Assembly (NCBI GenBank): GCA_964424265.1
Contig: CAYRHX010000005.1
Span: 7,951-71,950 of the forward strand
Direction: 5' to 3'
DNA: 64,000 bases
From: an uncultured Candidatus Saccharibacteria bacterium
GTDB taxonomy: Bacteria; Patescibacteriota; Minisyncoccia; Phycocordibacterales; UBA2100
Shown: one piece after another, positions 30,901-38,456 of the stretch
Numbering within the stretch: the stretch's first letter is position 1
How the letters are laid out: every line of letters begins with the position of its first letter
Translations under genes and position numbers: made by a program
Notes under the pieces: generated by a model
Seen by the model: the letters and a program-made list of their open reading frames with translations, nothing else
The model's database searches: none
Told to the model about the DNA's origin: nothing

Positions 30901-31306
30901 TCCACTTGTAGTACGCTGGATCACAGGTAACGACCTCTCGCGACCAGTCGAAGGATGTGCCCATCGAACGTATCTGATTTTTCATGTACTCGATATTTTT
31001 GAGAGTCCATGTACGTGGATTGATCTTGTTTTTGATCGCGGCATTTTCTGCAGGAAGACCGAAAGCGTCAAAGCCTATCGGATACAATACATTCTTACCC
31101 TGCATTCGCATCGCTCGCGCCAATATATCGGGTACCGCAAATGCGTACCAATGGCCCACATGGAGATTCCCCGAGGGATATGGAAATTCGACCAGAAGGT
31201 ACGAGTTGTCCCTGCCTTTTACTGAGTCGGGAGTTTTGTAGATTTTGTCTTTTTCCCACTGCTTTTGCCACTTTTTCTCAACCTTTGTATGATCGTAATT
31301 CGACAT
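27929..31306 (-). CDS. leuS: leucyl-tRNA synthetase with two inserted domains (alpha/beta serine hydrolase ~nt 30061-30604; Nudix ~nt 29191-29674)
   Basis: HVGH, NWIGRSEGAEIDF, TTRADT, AVPAHDERD, Zn cluster CPTC...CPQC, KMSKS, and a conserved C-terminal domain. Extra segments carry GHSLG and GGIHDGEDPVSAAKREIAEETGY. Confidence 0.9.
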   Translation of the reverse strand: MSNYDHTKVEKKWQKQWEKDKIYKTPDSVKGRDNSYLLVEFPYPSGNLHVGHWYAFAVPDILARAMRMQGKNVLYPIGFDAFGLPAENAAIKNKINPRTWTLKNIEYMKNQIRSMGTSFDWSREVVTCDPAYYKWTQWLFLQFFKAGLAYRKNTAVNWCPKDKTVLANEQVVAGKCERCDSDVVQKKMLQWNIKITDYADRLIDDLKDLNWPEQIKESQRNWIGRSEGAEIDFLIETGEKYKFVIFHGFEGSPDLPRWQWVKKELEAMGHEVLVPRLPNSGNPSEAEQVEFALRTTKYDERTVLVGHSLGAVLALKVAERLTKPLARLVTVGGFVDTNFKDKKRSFEKKWTWKFDGEAIRKNVRSVTVLHDPRDHAISDAQTEALAKLLGTQSITSTSNKPHFTGDTEPDVLMWLRPTVRVFTTRADTLFGATYLVLAPEHPWVIRAVDGKHNILKNKDEIKEYVEKAKRKTDLERQADQKEKSGVELNGVKAINPASGKKIPVWVADYVLGHYGTGAIMAVPAHDERDHAFATKFNLPINEVIEPLVVQTRGLDAVHADEEFFARRSILAVVKHWSEEKYQAVLYKPTDVRGFVSGGIHDGEDPVSAAKREIAEETGYSNAVFVRQLGGAIHSKYFSDVRKRNTSVYYTPLLFKLENGLQNEISPEEKAEHEVSWLSKDEMDNFINREDMRIAWCRVIGNACYAKEGILVDSGEFSGLASEAAALKIVEKFGRKKTTYKLRDWIVSRQRYWGVPIPIIHCPTCGPVAVEDRKLPVKLPEVKDYLPEGSGKSPLAKVTKWVKVRCPQCKGGAERETDTFDTFVDSSWYFQRYTDPNNKKQFADPKKLAKWMPIDLYSGGAEHTTMHVLYSRFWQKAMYDLGLVKDKEPYTRRMNRSLIMGPDGQKMSKSRGNVIDPDEVVALLGSDTVRMYLAFIGPYNEVSNYPWNPDGVVGVRRFIERVWRMRSAVEKNDIPGLNGLLHKTIKKVGEDIGALKFNTGISQLMIFLNAIEKEGKIGRLQWGIFLRLIAPFAPHMAEELWRVDHKKSIHLEKWPRYDETLLKSEILTIAVQINGKTRGTVEVDIGADRTVLEDAARKIVKARLDGKNVLRTIVVPGRLVNFVVQD

Positions 31307-31382
31307 AGAAAGAGCCTACCATATACTCGCACAACCAAAAACCTCTTCTATCTCGAGTCCGAAGAGAAGACACACCTGTCTA

Positions 31383-31533
31383 GAGCATGTTTGAAAACGC
31401 TTAACTGGAGTGAGAGACGGTATTCCCGAGGAATCCCCGCAGCACGAGGAGTGCGAGGATGGAGGATTTTCCAGCAGGAAAATCCGGTTTCCGAGGGAAT
31501 ACCGTCTCGAAGCGAAGGTTTCCAAATATGCTC
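31383..31533. repeat. 151-bp TIR element copy A (MITE-like / structured RNA), TA-flanked in a CTAG context
   Basis: gagcatgtttgaaaacgc...ggtttccaaatatgctc with internal inverted repeats. Three copies in the window. Confidence 0.75.
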
Positions 31534-32516
31534 TAGATACTTTTTGTTTTCGAGTACGGCGGATACCGCTCAGGATCTATAGTACGCAAGAAGCACACCT
31601 CGCCACTACCGTGACTCCACGTGGAGTCTTCCAGCCCAACACCCTTTTCTCCCGTACCCATAGGACCTGCGGGTACAGGTCCTTGTATCGCGCGAACCAT
31701 CTCCCCGGTATTCAACTGGCCATCGGCATTAAATACTGCACAGAGCTTAAACGTCGTACTTGTTACTTTCTCGTATCGATACGCATCGCCTGATTGCGGA
31801 TCTCGCGGCATCACAAACCCGCTCAATGGATCGTTGAGATCGGCAAGTGTTATGGGCAGCTTTTCCTTCTGTTGCCAATAATTCACAATCTGGTACTGAA
31901 TGCTGACTAGATCGTTGATCCTTTGTTCGTCGAGGCGATGGAGACGCGCCTGCGCTGGAGTCCCCACGATAAAGAACCCCGCGACGACGGTGAAGATAAC
32001 GAGCGCAAGAGTGCCCCCCGCTACGTATTGATTGCGCACGGGAAACTTCTGCCAATAGTTCCAAATGTCAGCGAGGAAGTGCATGAGTCCGGTCCCCGCG
32101 ACGAAGAGCACGACCAATGACTTGAGCAAGAAGCTCGCGGTGATCTCCCATCCATTGAGAAATGTGTACAGCACATAGATAAGATCCCCGACAATCATTG
32201 CGCCCGCGAGAAATACGGTGAGGTAGAGCGCCCACCTGCGCACCCACGTATCAAGTCGTGACGAATCCTTTGCAATATCGCGACGGATAAGAAACATGAG
32301 AGCCAGAAAGGCGGGTGTAAGCACAATGAGCGAGGCCATCTCCCAGCTGATACCGCTCTGATATGGATCTGATGAGTAGTATTGAAGCGGGTCGGGCATT
32401 GCATAGTCGACGTAATCCCATACGAGCGCAATGTAATTGACCACACCTACATACAGTGCTATGACAGCACCGGCCCAGAGAAAGAAATCCTTTGGAGTGA
32501 CTTTTGATTGATTCAT
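31533..32516 (-). CDS. polytopic membrane protein of unknown function
   Basis: Multiple TM helices. Stop codon TAG is formed at the right end of repeat copy A. Confidence 0.5.
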   Translation of the reverse strand: MNQSKVTPKDFFLWAGAVIALYVGVVNYIALVWDYVDYAMPDPLQYYSSDPYQSGISWEMASLIVLTPAFLALMFLIRRDIAKDSSRLDTWVRRWALYLTVFLAGAMIVGDLIYVLYTFLNGWEITASFLLKSLVVLFVAGTGLMHFLADIWNYWQKFPVRNQYVAGGTLALVIFTVVAGFFIVGTPAQARLHRLDEQRINDLVSIQYQIVNYWQQKEKLPITLADLNDPLSGFVMPRDPQSGDAYRYEKVTSTTFKLCAVFNADGQLNTGEMVRAIQGPVPAGPMGTGEKGVGLEDSTWSHGSGEVCFLRTIDPERYPPYSKTKSI

Positions 32517-32560
32517 GCAGAAAGTATGCCACTTGGACGAATTATCGCAAGATCTTAATC

Positions 32561-33661
32561 TTAACTGTGCAAGAACTCCATCACATCGCCATCCGCCACC
32601 ACGTATTCCTTCCCCTCCGTGCGCAGAACGCCCTTATCCCGCGCCTTAGACCATGATCCGGCCTCCAAGAGCACATCCCATCGCACTACCTCTGCGCGGA
32701 TGAATTTGTCACGAAAATCGGAGTGAATTGCGGCACCTGCTTCAGGGGCCGTCGACCCTCTCTTAATAGTCCATGCCCGCGTCTCTTTCTCGCCCGTTGT
32801 AAGAAATGAAATTAGATCGAGAAGCGTGTATCCGGCTTTGATGAGCGCGTCGAGCCCGTCGTCCGCGACTCCCAATTCCCGTCTGAAATCCGCACGCTCG
32901 TCGTCGTGCACGTCTGCAAGTTCGTTTTCCACACCAGCATCTACCATCACATACCCGGCATTTTCAGAATCCAGAAATTCCCGGAGTTCCCGCCACCGCT
33001 CACCCTTTTCAGCATCCACATTCACCGTCCCGCTTTTTCGATTGAGCACGTAGAGAATGGGCTTCATCGTGAGAAGCTGCATCGCTTTTGCGATCATCAT
33101 TTCTTTTTCGTCGAGAACGACGGTGCGCGCTGCCTTCCCCGCTCGCAGGATGGGAACGATCTTGCGAAGCACATCTCTTTCGACAATGAGCTCTTTGTCT
33201 CCGCTTTTAGAATCGCGCTCTACCCGATCAAGCCGCTTCTCGGCACTTTGCATATCTGCAAGCACGAGCTCCATATTGATGATCTCGATATCTTGCCGAG
33301 GATCCACCTGCCCTGCCACATGATGCACGTCGTCGTCGTCAAACATTCGCACCACCTGTGCGATCGCATCTACCTCGCGAATGTGCGTGAGGAATTGATT
33401 ACCGAGCCCTTCTCCTTGCGACGCACCTTTCACCAAGCCCGCGATGTCGACAAACTCCACGATCGCCGGGACGATTTTCTGCGTATTCGACATTTTGGCC
33501 AACGCCCGCAAGCGCGGATCCGGTACCGGCACAACTCCGACCGATGGATCAATGGTACAAAAGGGGTAATTCTCCGCCGGCACCCCCTTGCGCGTCAGCG
33601 CGTTAAAAAGCGTGGATTTCCCGACGTTTGGCAGCCCAACGATTCCAATCGAAAGCGACAT
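32561..33661 (-). CDS. ychF: ribosome-binding ATPase YchF (Obg-family GTPase)
   Basis: [20 protein letters not shown]-terminal TGS domain. Confidence 0.9.
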   Translation of the reverse strand: MSLSIGIVGLPNVGKSTLFNALTRKGVPAENYPFCTIDPSVGVVPVPDPRLRALAKMSNTQKIVPAIVEFVDIAGLVKGASQGEGLGNQFLTHIREVDAIAQVVRMFDDDDVHHVAGQVDPRQDIEIINMELVLADMQSAEKRLDRVERDSKSGDKELIVERDVLRKIVPILRAGKAARTVVLDEKEMMIAKAMQLLTMKPILYVLNRKSGTVNVDAEKGERWRELREFLDSENAGYVMVDAGVENELADVHDDERADFRRELGVADDGLDALIKAGYTLLDLISFLTTGEKETRAWTIKRGSTAPEAGAAIHSDFRDKFIRAEVVRWDVLLEAGSWSKARDKGVLRTEGKEYVVADGDVMEFLHS

Positions 33662-33667
33662 ACTGAA

Positions 33668-34600
33668 TTATTCTCGTTCCAATATCCGATAACCCTCCAA
33701 AATAGCATCGCACACGAAATCTTCCAGCAAGCTCGGATCGTCTTTCATCTGCGCCTTGTTCAGGTACGTGGTATACAATCGTCGCTTCTCCTGCAGAACA
33801 ACTACGGGCGCAAAATTCTCACGGAGCGCCATTGCATGCATGAGCAATCTCCCGATGCGACCATTGCCGTCACCAAAGGGATGGATCTTCTCGAATCTCC
33901 AGTGAATATGTGCGACGTGAGCGACGACATCCTTGTCCGATTGCTTGATGTCATGAACGAGTTCTTCCATGAGCTCCGGCACTTTCTCATAGTTGGCCGT
34001 TGGTACATGTGCACCCATAATACGAACGCTGTGATTTCGATAGATGCCCGCGTCCGAGCGGATGGCATTCATGAGAATGCTGTGCAATTTCAAGATCAAC
34101 TCTTCATCGATCGGTTTTTTGCTATTAAGATGCTCAAACAGATATTGGAGGGCTGCTTGATGATTTTTTGCTTCCAACTGTTCTACAAGGCTCTTGTTAG
34201 GCAGTGCTACGTTCTCAAAAAGAATGGCGGCCGTGTCACCCTCTGAAAGCGTACTGCCCTCGATTCGATTGGAGTTATACGTCAGCGACAAGTAAAACTG
34301 ATCGCGGATGTCGGGATTATCCAAAATCTCCTTAAGAACAGCTTTATGCTTTCTGCCGGTTGCAGCGACGAGCTGCTTTTTGGTCTCAAGCACGGTCTCT
34401 GGAATTTGCTTCTCGCCCGAATAGTCTTTGTACAACGTCTCGATCTTCTCCTGCATTTTAGGGCGCGGAGTGGCCTTGTCATTAATCCAGCGGTTCAATG
34501 CGGCAAACGTCACACCCAAACGCGCGGCTAATTCCGCTTGCGTGAGGCCCGACAGTTTCTGCAGACTCTCCAATTGCTCCTGTATGGTCATGCGCCCCAC
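33668..34600 (-). CDS. Fic/Doc family protein with N-terminal XRE-type HTH
   Basis: HTH LSGLTQAELAARLGVTFAALNRW. Fic motif HPFGDGNGRIGR. N-terminal inhibitory-type motif SNRIEG. Confidence 0.8.
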   Translation of the reverse strand: MGRMTIQEQLESLQKLSGLTQAELAARLGVTFAALNRWINDKATPRPKMQEKIETLYKDYSGEKQIPETVLETKKQLVAATGRKHKAVLKEILDNPDIRDQFYLSLTYNSNRIEGSTLSEGDTAAILFENVALPNKSLVEQLEAKNHQAALQYLFEHLNSKKPIDEELILKLHSILMNAIRSDAGIYRNHSVRIMGAHVPTANYEKVPELMEELVHDIKQSDKDVVAHVAHIHWRFEKIHPFGDGNGRIGRLLMHAMALRENFAPVVVLQEKRRLYTTYLNKAQMKDDPSLLEDFVCDAILEGYRILERE

Positions 34601-34728
34601 TTTACCAAACTATATATAGTTTGTCAAAAGGACACAATTTTATGTAGTTGCGTTTCCCCGGATGACCCTTGACTGAGGCACCGAAATGTGCTTGTATCTT
34701 TGCTCGGGCTCGACCGAGCCCTTGAACA

Positions 34729-35508
34729 TTGAAAGGATCCGGAAAAATGTTGATCACCGAACTCGCAACTTCGTCGAGGCGCTTCCTCGACGATTTCATG
34801 GCAGCCAATCCGCTGCCGAATGGCGACGAGGGTCTCGCCATTTTCTCCTCCTTCGGGGGGAGATATCAATGGATCGAGGGGGCGCGAGTCCCCTCCAACA
34901 GAGGCGGAGTCTTCCGCGAGGAGGCCCCGGATGGCCTGTATCGGGCCGGCGCCTGCGGGAAGATCGTGGCCCCGCAGGGCCTGCTCGTCGTCTCGGACGA
35001 GCGGAAGAAGTATTTCAAACCCCTCCCCTCAGGATACGCAAAGTACTCGGAGGGGCGAAATCTCATCGAAACCTGGCTCCGGGAGCTGGGGGAGGAGGCT
35101 TTCGTATTTGAACTAAAACCCAAGCACGAACACCGGAGGCGACTCGTCCCTCCAGTGTACACCAGCTCATTGAGCTGGTCTCTCACGTGCGAGGGGCTGG
35201 CAATGAGGGTTGGAGGAATTCGCCTGGAGGGCCAGTTCACTTCGTTGGGGATTGCTTTCAACGAGGTCGAGCGGTGCGTGGAGTACCACGCCCGCTGGGA
35301 TCTCTCGGAACTCGCCCTCGCCGACTCGCTCTCGGTCTTCTACGACGAAGATGAGTGGTACGCTGGCGGCCGGCCGGGGATTCCGGTCGTCGCGCTCGAC
35401 CATTCAGGCAACGTCGCCGGCTGGTTCGCCGGCCAGCAGGGATTCGTCCCTGCGAAGGGGTGGAATCTCCACCCCGCCGTCCGGAAATTCCTCGATCTAC
35501 CGGCCTGA
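34729..35508 (+). CDS. hypothetical protein in a high-GC (~60%+) segment, likely horizontally acquired
   Basis: Abrupt GC rise with Arg/Gly/Ala-rich codon usage. Overlapping multi-frame ORFs typical of high GC. Confidence 0.5.
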   Translation: MKGSGKMLITELATSSRRFLDDFMAANPLPNGDEGLAIFSSFGGRYQWIEGARVPSNRGGVFREEAPDGLYRAGACGKIVAPQGLLVVSDERKKYFKPLPSGYAKYSEGRNLIETWLRELGEEAFVFELKPKHEHRRRLVPPVYTSSLSWSLTCEGLAMRVGGIRLEGQFTSLGIAFNEVERCVEYHARWDLSELALADSLSVFYDEDEWYAGGRPGIPVVALDHSGNVAGWFAGQQGFVPAKGWNLHPAVRKFLDLPA

Positions 35509-35601
35509 GCCGGAGCGATCGAAGAGACCTTCTAAGCGCCGCAAATTTTCGAAAGGAGTTTGCGGCGTGACTATTTTATATTCCCTCGCCAAAGGAGTTT
35601 A

Positions 35602-35752
35602 GAGAATGCTTGAAAAAGCTTAACCGGTGCGAGAGGCGGTGTTCGCGAGTAATCCCCGCAGCACGAGGAGTGCGAGGATTGAGGATTTTCCAGCAGGAAA
35701 ATCCGGGTTCCGAGGGGATACCGTCTCGAAGCGAAGGTTTGGAAACATGCTC
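35602..35752. repeat. 151-bp TIR element copy B (left end degenerate)
   Basis: gagaatgcttgaaaaagc...ggtttggaaacatgctc. Confidence 0.7.
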
Positions 35753-36345
35753 TAGATTCCCAACCTTCCAAGCTCGGACACTTCCTGGAGCCAGCGAGTT
35801 TTGCGATGTTCCGGAATGTTTTCAGACGGGCCAAACCACGTAGAGCGCACGGAGAATCCGGCAAACCATAGTATCCCCCATTTGAGCTGCGCATTTACGT
35901 TACCCGGCAAAAATCGTACGAGCCATGGTACCGTGCCGCTTGTGAAAATCGTCCGCGCGGTTTTCCCGCGAAATAGCCGGTGCCAAAATATGGTCCGGTC
36001 CCCGTGTTTCGTTTTGATATATCGAAAAGCGGAGCCGGGCAACCATGCGCGATCAAAAAGCCCTTTCAAAAGCGCGGGCATCCCCACCCACCACACCGGA
36101 TACACGATCACAAAATGGTCGGCAGCTGTGATGAGTTGTTGGAATCGGACGAGGTCGGGCTCCAGCGCTTGCATCGCCCGATATCCCTTGTGAAGTATAG
36201 GATCAAACTGCATTTCTCCGATATTCATCCTGTCGACAGAGTGACCTGCCGCTTGTGCAGCGGCACAGTAAGCATCCGCAATCTCTCCACAAAATCCAGA
36301 TTTATCAGGGTGCCCCAAAAGCACCAGTATCTTTTTTGCGCCCAT
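35752..36345 (-). CDS. flavodoxin-like fold NAD(P)H-dependent oxidoreductase (NQO/MdaB-like)
   Basis: KILVLLGHPDKSGFCGEIADAY ... FVIVYPVWWVGMPALLKG. Stop TAG formed at repeat copy B. Confidence 0.6.
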   Translation of the reverse strand: MGAKKILVLLGHPDKSGFCGEIADAYCAAAQAAGHSVDRMNIGEMQFDPILHKGYRAMQALEPDLVRFQQLITAADHFVIVYPVWWVGMPALLKGLFDRAWLPGSAFRYIKTKHGDRTIFWHRLFRGKTARTIFTSGTVPWLVRFLPGNVNAQLKWGILWFAGFSVRSTWFGPSENIPEHRKTRWLQEVSELGRLGI

Positions 36346-36349
36346 GGCA

Positions 36350-36895
36350 TTATGGGGTTATATCGCGATGATAGGCAGTCTCACGCTCTAGCTTATCGGC
36401 GCGCGCTTTTTCTTCAGGCGAATCGAATTCGTCAATAGTTTCGCGTTTGCCGATCTGATGGAGCATAAAAGAGCGAACTGTTTTCAAGCTAAAGTAAAAT
36501 GCGAAGAGGAAGACGATAGCGATCGTCAATCTCAAGATAAACGTAATGGGGCCCGAAACGTCATATTCAGAAATACCCCACGTCCCATACGTAAGGACTC
36601 CCACCCCGGAGATAATACTGCTTCCAGCAGATACCCACATGTCGCGAGGATTGGTGAGCGCAGCAAGCGCCACCATAATCAGTGAACCCAAGACGATGAA
36701 TGGGAATTCAACGCGAAGATTATTGCCGTATATCGGAGCCGCTACCAAAATGAGTGCGGCAGCGGCAATCAATAGTTGTCGAGAGTAATCTCCGTAGTAA
36801 TGAGGGACGTTGGTAAATCGGATCATTCCCGGCACATTCCAAAGAGAGTCGACGCGTCCGCCGCCGCCATCACCGCCGCCGCCATCACCAGACAT
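36350..36895 (-). CDS. Gly-rich membrane protein, unknown function
   Basis: SGDGGGGDGGGG followed by TM helices. Start moved to the internal ATG to remove overlap with the upstream gene. Confidence 0.35.
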   Translation of the reverse strand: MSGDGGGGDGGGGRVDSLWNVPGMIRFTNVPHYYGDYSRQLLIAAAALILVAAPIYGNNLRVEFPFIVLGSLIMVALAALTNPRDMWVSAGSSIISGVGVLTYGTWGISEYDVSGPITFILRLTIAIVFLFAFYFSLKTVRSFMLHQIGKRETIDEFDSPEEKARADKLERETAYHRDITP

Positions 36896-36912
36896 GTGAC
36901 TATGATGACATG

Positions 36913-37242
36913 CTACCGAATTCCTGCAAGAGCCAAAAGTGCCTTTGAGTCGTCGGTATCCTTGACCGCGTTGGGGTGCGTAAAGCCACATTTTTCGCAC
37001 CGATGGATAATGCGATAGTGCGGCGTCGTACCTTCAAGCCGCTCAGGTCTCATCATTCCGCCGCAGAGCGCCGCTCTATCCCCCGGACTTACATCGACAT
37101 GCCTGCTCCAGAGGCATTTTGGGCAGTGATTGGTGTATCCATCCCCCGACACGTGCGCGCCACAGTGCCCGCAGTCGAAATCCTCGATGGTTCGTTTGAA
37201 GCCCATGGGGCAGAGAATACTCTCAAGCCCTGCTCGCTGCAA
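36913..37242 (-). CDS. RNHCP-domain-like Cys-rich zinc-finger protein
   Basis: CGHCGAHVSGDGYTNHCPKC ... CEKCGF. Confidence 0.5.
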   Translation of the reverse strand: MQRAGLESILCPMGFKRTIEDFDCGHCGAHVSGDGYTNHCPKCLWSRHVDVSPGDRAALCGGMMRPERLEGTTPHYRIIHRCEKCGFTHPNAVKDTDDSKALLALAGIR

Positions 37243-38388
37243 TTAGCGGATCGTCACGTCAATACTCGCAGTCGTGTTCTCACCCCCCATTGAGACACAG
37301 CGCAAAACGAGCGTGGTAACTCCTGCAACGGAAGTCATATCCGCCGATAGGGTTTTGCTTCCCTCATTACTGGTCGAAAAAGCTAGACCATTACGGGTCA
37401 CGACACATGAATCAGGTTTCATTCCGACTGAGGACCACGCGATGAGAGCAATACCACCCCTTGAGATGGAATCCGCCTGCGACAGTATCACGCCAGCGGA
37501 ATGAGACACTGCTTGAGATCCACTTTCTGATACCGTAGACCCTGCGATCGGACTAGCTCGAATCGGACTAACAATAGGCGGCGTAGTTGTAGAACCTGTA
37601 ATCGGATTGACGGATGGCGATGTCCACTGATTGAGCACTGGTTGATAATTTTGACCAGCTCCAGAATTGTAATCAGTCACATACGTTCGCGATGGGTCGT
37701 ATCCCGAAGGAACGAAACCTGGCGGATAAAATTCGTTGAGACCAACATCTGCGTCACTTCTCGCATACGAAATGCCCAGCGCATCACTGTAATTGCCAGG
37801 GACATTGATCACGCCCGGCACGGCAATCTTCCGCGCCATGAGATTGAGGACGTCCGCCAGTGATCTCGAACCGAAAATCGTGGGGTTGTATTGCGCCTCC
37901 TTGGGAAATATTGAAGTGGCGTTAGCAGAGGGATTTTGTATGTACGCGGTCAAGAATTTGTGTGATCCAGCCTGTCCTAGAAAATGACCCATATAAAGCC
38001 CGAGCGATAAGTCTATTTTCGCTTGTTGTATAAGCGACCCATTTCTATCACGCGTTAGCGCGAGAGAATAGGCAGTCACTTTGGCCGACGTCACGGGATC
38101 TTTCCGACTTTCTAGCATAAGTGGTTGCTTGTACATTGCAGCCGTGATCCAAACCCAAGAATTTGGCAGCCACTGAAACATGCCGCACGCGTTGATCGAG
38201 TTGCAAACAGTGGGATTCCCCCCGCTCTCTGCCTGGGCAATTTTCGCCAAAATGTTGACAGGGAGTCGGTATTGCAACTCGATTTCAGAAAACACTTGCG
38301 TCAATGACGTTGAAGCGTGTGCAGTGATCGGAATAATGGTGGCGACCGATAAGAGTGCCAAAGTAATGACCTTTCGCGCGTGCAACAT
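37243..38388 (-). CDS. secreted SLT-domain (lytic transglycosylase-like) protein with shared C-terminal domain
   Basis: Signal peptide. AQAESGGNP...CGMFQW. C-terminal ~70 aa homologous to the C-terminus of the next gene. Confidence 0.6.
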   Translation of the reverse strand: MLHARKVITLALLSVATIIPITAHASTSLTQVFSEIELQYRLPVNILAKIAQAESGGNPTVCNSINACGMFQWLPNSWVWITAAMYKQPLMLESRKDPVTSAKVTAYSLALTRDRNGSLIQQAKIDLSLGLYMGHFLGQAGSHKFLTAYIQNPSANATSIFPKEAQYNPTIFGSRSLADVLNLMARKIAVPGVINVPGNYSDALGISYARSDADVGLNEFYPPGFVPSGYDPSRTYVTDYNSGAGQNYQPVLNQWTSPSVNPITGSTTTPPIVSPIRASPIAGSTVSESGSQAVSHSAGVILSQADSISRGGIALIAWSSVGMKPDSCVVTRNGLAFSTSNEGSKTLSADMTSVAGVTTLVLRCVSMGGENTTASIDVTIR

Positions 38389-38456
38389 TCGAATAGTATA
38401 CGCTACGCGCAGACAATCTCGCGTGATGTACCGTGGAAAGCGAGCGACGCGGGAGA

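Noticed and set aside
27929-31306. Possibility that the extra LeuRS segments are inteins
   Set aside because: No Cys/Ser plus His-Asn splice-junction blocks or endonuclease motifs. The segments carry serine-hydrolase and Nudix signatures and are flanked by normal LeuRS sequence.
31316-31582. Small ORFs on both strands inside repeat copy A (69 aa and 105 aa), and the equivalent ORFs in copy B (35571-35894, 35610-35843)
   Set aside because: They are translations of a palindromic nucleotide repeat conserved at DNA level in all frames. Their reciprocal sense/antisense peptide similarity is exactly what an inverted repeat produces, not evidence of coding.
34686-35602. Multiple long overlapping ORFs (34686-35111, 34820-35116, 34866-35261, 35210-35602, 35355-35570)
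   Set aside because: Typical stop-codon depletion in a high-GC segment. Only the 34729-35508 frame has coherent length and codon periodicity.
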